Shown piece by piece: positions 44,949 through 53,315 of a stretch of 64,000 nt of DNA; positions within the stretch are counted from its first letter, which is position 1, and the number at the start of each line of letters is the position of its first letter. The notes beneath the pieces are model-generated. The model was given only the letters and a program-made list of their open reading frames with translations. It was not told the origin of the DNA and made no database searches. The position numbers and the translations under genes are program-made. The stretch is taken from assembly GCA_963766735.1 (NCBI GenBank), contig CAVYBU010000017.1:64001-128000 (forward strand), written 5' to 3'. The stretch comes from an uncultured Chloroflexia bacterium (GTDB taxonomy: Bacteria > Chloroflexota > Limnocylindria > Limnocylindrales > CSP1-4).

Positions 44949-45015
44949 GCTCAGTTGGCAGAGCGGCAGCCTTCCAAGCTGCATGTCGCGAGTTCGAACC
45001 TCGTCTCCCGCTCCA
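44949..45015 (+). pseudogene. tRNA-Gly(TCC) copy lacking the 5' acceptor strand
   Basis: Matches the tRNA from GCTCAG through CCA except two T-stem positions; upstream bases cannot pair with CTCCCGC. Confidence 0.85.
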
Positions 45016-45109
45016 CCTTCCCTCTCGTGCTCAGCACGACACGCAGCCTGACTGCGCGGCAGGATCGAGGGCTCGACGACGACCACCCAGACGGAGGAGC
45101 GAGCGTTCG

Positions 45110-45955
45110 ATGCAGACCGACGGCGTCGATCAGGTGCACCCCGACCGGTCGCTCGAAGGGGCGCTGGACGAGGCGCTCGCCGGGTTGCCCGACGAGGACC
45201 GTGCCGCCGCGCTCGAGGCCGTTGACTATCGCTGGCTTGCCCTGGGCATGAGGCTGGGCCTGGAGCATCCCGACGAGGCGCGTCACCTGCTCGAGATGAT
45301 CGGAACCCGGGAGGCCGATCGAGCGGCGCTCCGCGAAGGCGACTCCGGGGACGTCGTCCGAGCCGGCATTCCCGCCAACGAGGATCCGGGGGACTCCGCG
45401 TCCGTTCCGGTCCGATCCGCGCTCCTCGCCCGGGCGGCGGCGCTGCCGCCGTCGGAGCGGGCGCTCATCGGGCCGGAGGCGACGTACGGATGGGCCGCAA
45501 GGCTCACGCCCGCAGAGATCCTGCTGCTCGGGCGCGTGGTCCAGGACATGCAGGCCTCGGGCTCGTCGCGGGACATCGGTCGTGGCTTCGGCCTCGCGTG
45601 GGACGCCGGCGTTCGGCTGCCGCGCCAGGAGCTCAAGGGGATGTTCCGAGAGTTCGCCGAGCTCGAGGTGACGGTCGCTGGCGTCCTGGTCGGACGCGAC
45701 CTGCGGGCGAGCGAGCCGGCCCCGAAGACACAGGGCCTCGGTGCCCTGCTCGGCCAGTTGGTGCCCAGGTCACGCCCGGACGAGTCACAGGCCGATGCCG
45801 CGGTCGAGAGCAGCGGCGAGTTGGGGCGGCTCGGCCTGATCGCCTTGTGGAACGTCTGGATGGCGGTGCGCTACCGGAGCCTCATCCCGCGGCCGACGTT
45901 CGAGGCGCTGGTCCATCCGTGGGAGACCGTCGTGGGTCGGCTTCCAGAGCCGTGA
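45110..45955 (+). CDS. Hypothetical protein
   Basis: GGAGGAG RBS, GC3-biased codons, 281 aa, no family recognised. Confidence 0.7.
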   Translation: MQTDGVDQVHPDRSLEGALDEALAGLPDEDRAAALEAVDYRWLALGMRLGLEHPDEARHLLEMIGTREADRAALREGDSGDVVRAGIPANEDPGDSASVPVRSALLARAAALPPSERALIGPEATYGWAARLTPAEILLLGRVVQDMQASGSSRDIGRGFGLAWDAGVRLPRQELKGMFREFAELEVTVAGVLVGRDLRASEPAPKTQGLGALLGQLVPRSRPDESQADAAVESSGELGRLGLIALWNVWMAVRYRSLIPRPTFEALVHPWETVVGRLPEP

Positions 45956-46056
45956 GGCACGAAAGACACAACTGCCCGACGCGGGCCCACCCGGGGCCGC
46001 ATCCTGGGGTCGAGTTGCCCCGCCTCGCTTCTTGAGTTGCAGGGAGGATCGTCGCC

Positions 46057-47289
46057 ATGTCGCTGCCCGGCAGGGTCGCGCTGTTCACGAACGAGTACCC
46101 GCCGAACGTATACGGCGGTGCAGGCGTCCACGTCGAGTACCTCAGCCGGGAGCTGGCGAAGCTGGTGCCCGTCGAGGTCCGCTGCTTTGGCGACCAGGAC
46201 GTGGACGAGCCGGGCCTCCGGGTGAAGGGCTATGGCCCCTGGGCTGAGGCGGCCCACGACACCGATCCCCGCTTTCGGGGTGCCCTTGATGCCTTCCAGC
46301 GCAACCTCGCGATGGCCAAGGACACCCTCGACGCGGACGTGGTTCACACCCACACCTGGTACGCCGACATGGCCGGCCTCCTGGCCAAGCGCCTGTGGGG
46401 CGTCCCGCTTGTCGTGACGACGCACTCTCTCGAGCCACTGCGCCCCTGGAAGGTTGAGCAGCTGGGCAACGCCTACCACCTGTCGAGCTGGATGGAGCAC
46501 ACGACGATCCTGGACGCCGACGCGATCATCGCGGTCTCGCAGGAGACGAGGGCGGACGTCCTGCGCTTCTTCCCGGTGGACCCGGCCCGCATCCATGTCA
46601 TCCATAACGGGATCGACCTCGACCAGTACCGCCCGGATCCGGGCACCGACTTCCTGGAGAAGTACGGTATCGACCCCGACCGCCCGTACGTCCTGTTCGT
46701 CGGCCGGATCACCCGCCAGAAGGGCATCATCCACCTGGTCAACGCGATCCCCGACATCGACCCGTCGCTCCAGGTCGTACTGTGCGCCGGCGCGCCTGAT
46801 ACGGCGGAGATCGGGGCCGAGATGACACAACGGGTCGCGGAGGTGAGCGCGGGCCGGGGCGACGTGATCTGGGTCCGCGAGATGGTGTCACGCGAAGCCG
46901 CGATCCAGCTCTACTCGCACGCTGCGGTGTTCTGCTGTCCGTCGGTCTATGAGCCGTTCGGGATCATCAATCTCGAGGCGATGGCCTGCGAGACGGCGGT
47001 CGTGGCGTCGGCTGTGGGCGGGATTCCCGAGGTGGTGGTCGCGGGGGAGACGGGCCTCCTGGTCGATCCGGAGATCCGCCCGGGCACGTTCGATCCGATC
47101 AACCCGGCCGCGTTCTCGGCCGATCTGGCGGCCGCGGTCAATCGCGTCGGCCTTGATGCCGAGCTCAGGGGGCGCATGGGCCGAGCAGGCCGCAAGCGCG
47201 CGGAAGAGCATTTCAGCTGGGCGGCCATCGCCCGCCAGACGCTCGATCTGTACGGAACCCTGTTGGAGGGCCGCCGGGAGGCCTCATAG
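46057..47289 (+). CDS. glgM: Actinobacterial-type GT4 glycogen synthase / alpha-maltose-1-phosphate synthase (GlgM-like)
   Basis: EYPP.VYGGAGVHV, HTHTWY, HSLEPLRPWK.EQLG, FVGRITRQKG, YEPFGIINLEAMAC. Confidence 0.9.
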   Translation: MSLPGRVALFTNEYPPNVYGGAGVHVEYLSRELAKLVPVEVRCFGDQDVDEPGLRVKGYGPWAEAAHDTDPRFRGALDAFQRNLAMAKDTLDADVVHTHTWYADMAGLLAKRLWGVPLVVTTHSLEPLRPWKVEQLGNAYHLSSWMEHTTILDADAIIAVSQETRADVLRFFPVDPARIHVIHNGIDLDQYRPDPGTDFLEKYGIDPDRPYVLFVGRITRQKGIIHLVNAIPDIDPSLQVVLCAGAPDTAEIGAEMTQRVAEVSAGRGDVIWVREMVSREAAIQLYSHAAVFCCPSVYEPFGIINLEAMACETAVVASAVGGIPEVVVAGETGLLVDPEIRPGTFDPINPAAFSADLAAAVNRVGLDAELRGRMGRAGRKRAEEHFSWAAIARQTLDLYGTLLEGRREAS

Positions 47290-47374
47290 GGGTCCCGCGC
47301 AGCGGTACCTCCTTCAGTCCCTGGCCGGCAGCGGAAGGAGGATGACAGCGGTGGCACGCGCCGGAACACGAAGA

Positions 47375-47402
47375 GACGGGGGGCGATCGCTCGCCCCCCG
47401 TC
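47375..47402 (-). terminator. Intrinsic terminator hairpin between convergent genes
   Basis: 12-bp perfect stem GACGGGGGGCGA-TCGC-TCGCCCCCCGTC, followed on the minus strand by TCTTCGTGTT. Confidence 0.7.
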
Positions 47403-47422
47403 CGTTGTCGCGGTGACGCTCG

Positions 47423-48673
47423 CTAGCGGCGCCGGCGCTGGCCGACGTACGTCACGGACAGGAGCAGAGTGCTCATGACCGCGAGGAGGAGTCCGAGCAC
47501 CGACACGAGCGGTGAGGCGTCGGACCTCGTGCTCGGATCGAGCGTGTCGGTCGGGGGCGGAGTTGGGGCGGCGACCGTGATGACAGCCGCGACCTCCAGC
47601 GTCGCTTCGCCGGGATCGACCCCGATGGCGACGATCGAGTGGGTTCCAGCCGATGTGGTGGTCGGGATCTGGACGGTCGTCGAGAAGGTCCCGTCTGCCG
47701 AGGCGATCACGGTCTTCAGGTAGACCGGCGTCGAGTACAGCCATAGCTCCACGTCGGAGTCGCCCATGAAGCCCTGGCCCGACACGACGAGATCCTGACC
47801 GGGTACGACCTCGGTGTCATCCACGATGATTGCCGGCTCGCCTGGAGCCGCCGTCGGAGCAGCCGTCGGGGCAGCCGTCGGGGCAGCCGTCGGAGCCGCC
47901 GTCGGGGCAGCCGTCGGAGCCGCCGTCGGAGCCGCCGTCGGAGCCGCCGTCGGAGCCGCCGTCGGAGCCGCCGTCGGAGCCGCCGTCGGGGCCGCCGTCG
48001 GAGCCGCCGTCGGGGCAGCCGTCGGAGCCGCCGTCGGAGCCGCCGTCGGAGCCGCCGTCGGAGCCGCCGTCGGGGCAGCCGTCGGAGCCGCCGTCGGAGC
48101 CGCCGTCGGAGCCGCCGTCGGAGCAGCCGTCGGGGCAGCCGTCGGAGCCGCCGTCGGCGCAGCCGTCGGAGCAGCCGTCGGAGCCGCCGTCGGAGCAGCC
48201 GTCGGAGCAGCCGTGGCCAGATCGATCAGCCCGGTGATAGCCCCCGGCACGGGCTGGCCCGTAGTCGCGTTCCCGTTGATGTCGTAGATCGTGTTGTTGT
48301 TGCCGAGCGTCCAGCCTGGCTGGCTGTTGCCATTGATCTCGGCCAGGTTCGTCTGGCCGTTCGGGTCACCGTCGGAGTTCGCCCCGGCTGCCCCGTTGAT
48401 GGCCGCGGCATTCGCTCCACCCTGCACGATCGCCCACCCATACGGGTTCCAGGTGTCCTCCCCCGCAGGTCCGTGGCAGAGAAGGCAGGCCGCGTTGGTG
48501 TCAGAGGTGGATGCGGGGTAGATCCCCGACCAGGTGTTCCCGATCGAGTTGAAGGCAAGGACGCTGGCCGGGATGACCAACAGGGCCAGGGCGGTGGCGA
48601 GTCCCGCGAGACGCGCCCGTCGGCGGTGCCGTCGCGGCTTCGGGGTCCTGCGTGGATCGTCGGCTTGATGCAT
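47423..48673 (-). CDS. Secreted CxxCH protein with PTAA stalk, Ig-like domain and sortase-like C-terminal anchor
   Basis: Signal peptide ending VLA; CLLCH; 31 TAAP units; PGQDLVVSGQGF...GTFSTTVQIP...GTHSI; PPPTDT + TM + RRRR. Confidence 0.85.
   Translation of the reverse strand: MHQADDPRRTPKPRRHRRRARLAGLATALALLVIPASVLAFNSIGNTWSGIYPASTSDTNAACLLCHGPAGEDTWNPYGWAIVQGGANAAAINGAAGANSDGDPNGQTNLAEINGNSQPGWTLGNNNTIYDINGNATTGQPVPGAITGLIDLATAAPTAAPTAAPTAAPTAAPTAAPTAAPTAAPTAAPTAAPTAAPTAAPTAAPTAAPTAAPTAAPTAAPTAAPTAAPTAAPTAAPTAAPTAAPTAAPTAAPTAAPTAAPTAAPTAAPTAAPTAAPGEPAIIVDDTEVVPGQDLVVSGQGFMGDSDVELWLYSTPVYLKTVIASADGTFSTTVQIPTTTSAGTHSIVAIGVDPGEATLEVAAVITVAAPTPPPTDTLDPSTRSDASPLVSVLGLLLAVMSTLLLSVTYVGQRRRR
47844..48215. 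repeat. 12-bp coding tandem repeat x31 (GGAGCCGCCGTC consensus)
   Basis: 372 nt; variation only at positions synonymous for the minus-strand PTAA reading. Confidence 0.95.
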
Positions 48674-49269
48674 GTGTCTCCCTTTCGGCCGCGTTGGGCG
48701 GCCCGTGATCCGGCGCTGGTGTCACTACGACGGCGCCGTGCGGCGATCGCGTGCTTGCTGAGGTCTCCTCTGTGCGTGGGCGGACACCTGCATCAAAGGC
48801 ACCATCGAGGCGCCTCGCGACAGCGTCCAGGCCCGGGCTTGCCGACCCTGACGAGGCTCGAGGCTTCGAGCCATCCCAACGGCTGGCGGAGCCGGCCACG
48901 ACTCCATGCCTCTGAGGCGCAGGAACTGTCGCGGGGTTTCGGGTATCTGGGGGCCGTATGGCCTGTTATCGGGGGGCCGTAGGGCACATCAGCAATGAGG
49001 ACGACCAGGCACTCCGAGCGAGACACACCCGCGGCAATTCGCCGCGATCCGCACCCAGAGCCCGCGGAACCGCCATTTGCCGGGCAGCGCGGGGCATATG
49101 CCGGCCTGGGGCGGGACACGGGTCCGGTCCTGAGCGTGGGCCGGCGCGAATGCCAATCAGGGCGACATCTGAGGGTTCCGGGCTCGGGAGGCTCCGGCTC
49201 TGGGCTGGGGAGCGCCGCGTCCTGCGTCTCGCGTCGTGGCTGCGTGTTCGAGCCTACGCGCCTCGAGCC

Positions 49270-51138
49270 CTACGTCGCGCGTCGCGTCCGCCGCGTCGTG
49301 GCCGCCGGCTCGATCGATCGGCCCGGGCCCTGCTCCTCCGCGATCACCCCGATCGAAACCCTGAACCCGGCCCGCCGCTGCTGAGAAGGCAGCAGCGTGC
49401 ACTGGCCGACCGGAGCATCGCCTTCGAACCAGCGGATCCACTCCCGGTTGAAGGCGTCGAACTCGTCCGGGTTCTTCAGCGACCAGTTCGCCCAGACGAT
49501 CTTGTCCAGCGAGGTGCCCTCCGCCTCCAGCCTTGCCTTGAGATTGGTGAGGCACTGGATCGTCTGGGTCTTGAACGTCCCGCCGACGACCAGACCGGTC
49601 TCGGGATCCACCGGCCCGATCGACGAGACGTAGACCATGCCCCCGGCCTTCACCGCCCGCCCGAGGCCGACGGCGGCCTGGGAATCGTCGGGTTGCACGA
49701 CGGTCTCGCCAGTGATCGAGCGCCCCTTGCCCTGGCGGCTGAGGCCCACCTCCGCGGGGTCGACGGCAGGGATACCGAACTCCCCGGGCGGCAGCTCGAT
49801 CCCGTTGGCCTTGAACTTGCCCATGAAGGTCGGTCGGATGCCGGTTGGTGCCAGCACTCCCTGGATCTTCCCGTCGCTGACGCCGGTCTGCTCGAACGCG
49901 AAGACGTCCTGGGTGAGGATCTCGTCGTCCTCGATCCCGTAGATCTCTGTGATGTTGACGACCTTGCGGGAGCCGTCCTTGAGGCGGGCCGTGTGCACGA
50001 TCAGGTCGACGGCCGAAGCGATCTGCTCACGGATCGACCGCAACGGCAGCTCGTAGCCGGACATGAGGACCATCGTCTCCAGGCGGCGGAGCATGTCCGG
50101 CGGGCTGTTGGCATGCCCGGTGGACAGCGATCCCTCCTGGCCGACCATCATGGCCTGGATCATGTCCAGCGCCTCGCCGCCGCGGCACTCGCCGACGATG
50201 ATGCGGTCAGGGCGCATGTGCAGGGAGTTGCGCAACAGGTCCCGGGTGGTGATCTCGCCCTCTCCCTCGAGGTTCGGCGGCCTTGCCTCCAGCGTGACGA
50301 CATGCTCCTGGCGGAGCTGCAACTCGGCCGCGTCCTCGATCGTGATGATCCGCTCGTTCTCGGGGATGAACGACGACAGGACGTTGAGCGTCGTGGTCTT
50401 GCCCGAGCCGGTGCCGCCGGACACGAACACGTTGAGGCGTGCCTCGACGCACACGCGGAGGAACTCGAACATCTCGGCCGTCGCGGTGCCGAAACCGACA
50501 AGGTCCTCGACGGTGAACGGCCTGGCCGCGAACTTCCGGATGGTGATCACGGGTCCCACCAGGGACAGCGGCTCGATCACCGCGTTGACGCGCGAGCCAT
50601 CCGGGAGGCGCGCGTCAACCCTCGGGCTGGACTTGTCGATGCGCCGGCCGAGCGGGGCGATGATCCGGTCGATGATCCGGAGCACGTGATCGTCGTTCAG
50701 GAAGGTGGCATCGACCCGCTGGACCTTGCCGCCGCGCTCGATGTAGACGTGATCCGGGCCGTTGACCATGACCTCGGTGATGGTCGGATCCATCAGCAGC
50801 GGCTCGAGCGGCCCGAGGCCGCCGACCTCGGCGATCACCTCATCGATCAGCCGGAGACGTTCGTCTCTCGTGGAGGCGACCCCATTTGCCGCGAGGAACC
50901 GGTCGACGACCGCCCCGACCTCCTTGTGGCTGTCAGCGCCGGCGTCAACGGCGAGCAGGGTATCCGAGGCCTTGATGACCTCGTCCTGGAGGCGTCGCCG
51001 GATGTCGCGCAGCCACTCCTCCCGCGCCGCGACCTGTGTCGGCTGCGGGGCAGGCGCAGGCGCGGCGACCACGTCAACGCTGGTCTCCTGGAGATCCACC
51101 CGCTGCTGTGCGCGTTCGATCCGCCTGCTCAGGGACAT
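49270..51138 (-). CDS. TadA/CpaF secretion ATPase fused to C-terminal Rid (YjgF/UK114)-like domain
   Basis: GLGPLEPLL.DPTITEVMVNG, GGTGSGKTT, TIED, RPDRIIVGE, STGHANS; then RAVKAGGMVYVS..GP.DP, QT.QCL.NL...L...GTSL..IV, F.AFN..W...F. Confidence 0.9.
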   Translation of the reverse strand: MSLSRRIERAQQRVDLQETSVDVVAAPAPAPQPTQVAAREEWLRDIRRRLQDEVIKASDTLLAVDAGADSHKEVGAVVDRFLAANGVASTRDERLRLIDEVIAEVGGLGPLEPLLMDPTITEVMVNGPDHVYIERGGKVQRVDATFLNDDHVLRIIDRIIAPLGRRIDKSSPRVDARLPDGSRVNAVIEPLSLVGPVITIRKFAARPFTVEDLVGFGTATAEMFEFLRVCVEARLNVFVSGGTGSGKTTTLNVLSSFIPENERIITIEDAAELQLRQEHVVTLEARPPNLEGEGEITTRDLLRNSLHMRPDRIIVGECRGGEALDMIQAMMVGQEGSLSTGHANSPPDMLRRLETMVLMSGYELPLRSIREQIASAVDLIVHTARLKDGSRKVVNITEIYGIEDDEILTQDVFAFEQTGVSDGKIQGVLAPTGIRPTFMGKFKANGIELPPGEFGIPAVDPAEVGLSRQGKGRSITGETVVQPDDSQAAVGLGRAVKAGGMVYVSSIGPVDPETGLVVGGTFKTQTIQCLTNLKARLEAEGTSLDKIVWANWSLKNPDEFDAFNREWIRWFEGDAPVGQCTLLPSQQRRAGFRVSIGVIAEEQGPGRSIEPAATTRRTRRAT

Positions 51139-51300
51139 GGGTCTCGTTCCCCCGGGGTCGCGATTGGTGCCGAGGCCAGCAGTCTATGACCCGACCTCCC
51201 TTTGCGCGAGCCCCGGGCGCATCGTCGGGCGCCCCCGGCGGTGCGAAGCTGCACCGCCGACGCTCGTGACGGCCGGACCCTGAGCGGGGACCTGGCAGGC

Positions 51301-52122
51301 TCAGGGCGCCTCGAGCCCGTGTGCCTCGAGGAGCGCCTGGTCGGCCAGGATGACGTCGGTCCGCCCATCAGCCACGACCGCCCCGTCGTCGACGATGACG
51401 GTCCGGGGGAACACCTCCGCCACCAGGCGCATGTCGTGGGTCGAGACGAGCATCGTCTGGTCCAGGGAGCGCAGGAGGCCGATCAGCTCCCGCCGCCCCC
51501 GCGGGTCCAGACCGGCCGACGGCTCGTCGAAGACGAGGATGGAGGGGTCCATCGACAGCACGGTCGCCAGGGCCACGCGCTTGCGCTGTCCCAGGGACAT
51601 CCGGTGCGGTACGCGGTGTGCGAAGACGGCCATGCCGACGGCGGCCAGCGCGCGCTCGACTCGCCGGTGCACCTCGTCCGCGGGCAGGCCCATGTGCAGC
51701 GGCCCGAACGCGACGTCGTCGAAGACCGTGGGGCTGAAGAGCTGGTCGTCCGGGTCCTGGAACACGAGGCCCACCTCGGAGCGGACGCGCCGGATCGTGT
51801 CCTTGCCCACCGTCATGCCCGACACCCGGACCGAACCGTGCTCGGGCCGGAGCGTGCCGTTGAGCTGGAGCATCAGCGTGCTCTTGCCGGCGCCGTTGGG
51901 GCCCACCAGCGCGACCTTCTCGCCGGCCGCGATCCGGAGGTCCACGCCGCTCAGGGCCTCGAAGCCGTCTGGATAGCGGAAGTGGACGTGCTCGAGCTCC
52001 ACCGTGCCGCGGCCGTCGTTGCCCGCGAGCTCGGGTCCCGCGTCGGCCTCGTGGTCGTGGGCATGCAGATCCGTGCCGTCGTCGGCGTGGATGTGCTGGT
52101 GAATGTGAAGGTCGTTGTTCAC
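51301..52122 (-). CDS. cbiO: Ni/Co ECF transporter ATPase (CbiO/NikO) with His-rich N-terminus
   Basis: GPNGAGKST, VFQDPDDQLFSPTV.DDVAFGP, DEP; GTGA overlap with cbiQ. Confidence 0.92.
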   Translation of the reverse strand: MNNDLHIHQHIHADDGTDLHAHDHEADAGPELAGNDGRGTVELEHVHFRYPDGFEALSGVDLRIAAGEKVALVGPNGAGKSTLMLQLNGTLRPEHGSVRVSGMTVGKDTIRRVRSEVGLVFQDPDDQLFSPTVFDDVAFGPLHMGLPADEVHRRVERALAAVGMAVFAHRVPHRMSLGQRKRVALATVLSMDPSILVFDEPSAGLDPRGRRELIGLLRSLDQTMLVSTHDMRLVAEVFPRTVIVDDGAVVADGRTDVILADQALLEAHGLEAP

Positions 52123-52913
52123 AGGCGGGGGAGCCACAGGATGGCGATGACCTCGTAGGCGGCGAACAGGGCGAGGACGAGCGCAAGCCAGGCGATCTCG
52201 ACGCGGGCGAGTGCGCGGGTCCGCAGGTGGCGGAACTCGCCCTCGAACCCGCGCGCCTGCATCGCCGCATAGATGCGCTCGCTGCGCTCGTAGGCGCGGA
52301 GGAACAGCGATCCGACCATCCGGCCGGTGACGGTGGCCCGCCAGCGGATACTCCCGCCTCCGCGCCCCGGGCCCAGTGCGGAGCGGGAGTCCCGGGCGCG
52401 CAGCATCCGCGACCCCTCGTCCGTGAGGACCGCCATGTAGCGGTACATGAACGAGATGATCGAGACCAGGATCCGCGGCAGCCGGAGCTCGCGCAGCGCG
52501 TCGATCAGATCGTGGAACGGGGTGGTGAACGCAAGCAGCAGCGCCACCTGGACCGACAGCCAGCTGCCGGCCATGATCGTCAGGAACCGGCGCAGCCCCT
52601 CGGCGGAGATTGTGAGGTCGAGAGGCCCGATCGAGATGGTTGCGATGATCTGCTCCTGCACGGTGAAGATCAGCGGGAACGCGGCCAAGGCAAACGGCAA
52701 CGCCACGACCGCGCCTCGCGACAACCGGAATGGCCCGAGGCCGGCGGTCGCGGAGCAGGTGACCAGGATCAGCCAGATGATCAGCATCGCCAGTGCCGAG
52801 CCGACCGGCAGCAGCGAGATGACCAGGATCCCCGCGATGGTCGCGATGAACTTCAGCCGGGCGTCGGCCCGGTGGAACGGGCTGTTGCCCTCTACGTAGC
52901 GGTCGAGCTCCAG
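52119..52913 (-). CDS. cbiQ: Ni/Co ECF transporter T component (CbiQ/NikQ)
   Basis: SPFHRADARLK, FMYRY, RARDSR, LFLRAYERSERIYAAMQARGF; apparent CTG start. Confidence 0.9.
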   Translation of the reverse strand: MELDRYVEGNSPFHRADARLKFIATIAGILVISLLPVGSALAMLIIWLILVTCSATAGLGPFRLSRGAVVALPFALAAFPLIFTVQEQIIATISIGPLDLTISAEGLRRFLTIMAGSWLSVQVALLLAFTTPFHDLIDALRELRLPRILVSIISFMYRYMAVLTDEGSRMLRARDSRSALGPGRGGGSIRWRATVTGRMVGSLFLRAYERSERIYAAMQARGFEGEFRHLRTRALARVEIAWLALVLALFAAYEVIAILWLPRL

Positions 52914-52925
52914 GGGTCGGCGCCC

Positions 52926-53315
52926 CTACGCCCGTCGGCGCGCGAGAAGGCGGCCCAGAAGGTACATCACGCCCACCACGATGGCCACGCCGATCAGGCC
53001 CGACACGATCGTGGACACGGCCGGGTCGTCGATGCCGGGGATCGCGTAGTCGGACAGGATCCCCGAGAAGAAGTTGCTGGCCCGGTCGATGAAGCCCTGG
53101 TCCTCGGCGACGCGCTCCAGCCCGTCGGGATCCGAGGAGGCGAGCGGCGCGAGCACCACGACCACCAGCGCGGCGATGGCGACGCCGGCCACCCACCACC
53201 AGCGGCCGAGGCGCGAGGTCTTCTCCGCCGGGCCGTCCTGGGGTTCGCTACCGGTTGTCGATCCGTTCTCGTTCGTCACGGGTGCGTCTTCCACGGATGT
53301 CACGTCGACGTTCAC
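52926..53315 (-). CDS. PDGLE-domain protein (NikN-like)
   Basis: APLASSDPDGLERVAE..GF, DY.IPG, two TMs; GTGA overlap with cbiM stop. Confidence 0.9.
   Translation of the reverse strand: MNVDVTSVEDAPVTNENGSTTGSEPQDGPAEKTSRLGRWWWVAGVAIAALVVVVLAPLASSDPDGLERVAEDQGFIDRASNFFSGILSDYAIPGIDDPAVSTIVSGLIGVAIVVGVMYLLGRLLARRRA

Noticed and set aside
44949-45015. Second functional tRNA-Gly
   Set aside because: The 5' acceptor strand is absent, so no acceptor stem can form
42800-45015. Active mobile element at tRNA-Gly
   Set aside because: No integrase, transposase or conjugation gene; only att-like scars
47844-48215. Repeat array as CRISPR or non-coding satellite
   Set aside because: Contiguous 12-bp units with no spacers, no cas genes, and in-frame synonymous variation within a protein
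48674-49269. Known riboswitch upstream of the heme/stalk gene
   Set aside because: No recognisable c-di-GMP, c-di-AMP, cobalamin or other consensus by eye; an Rfam scan is needed
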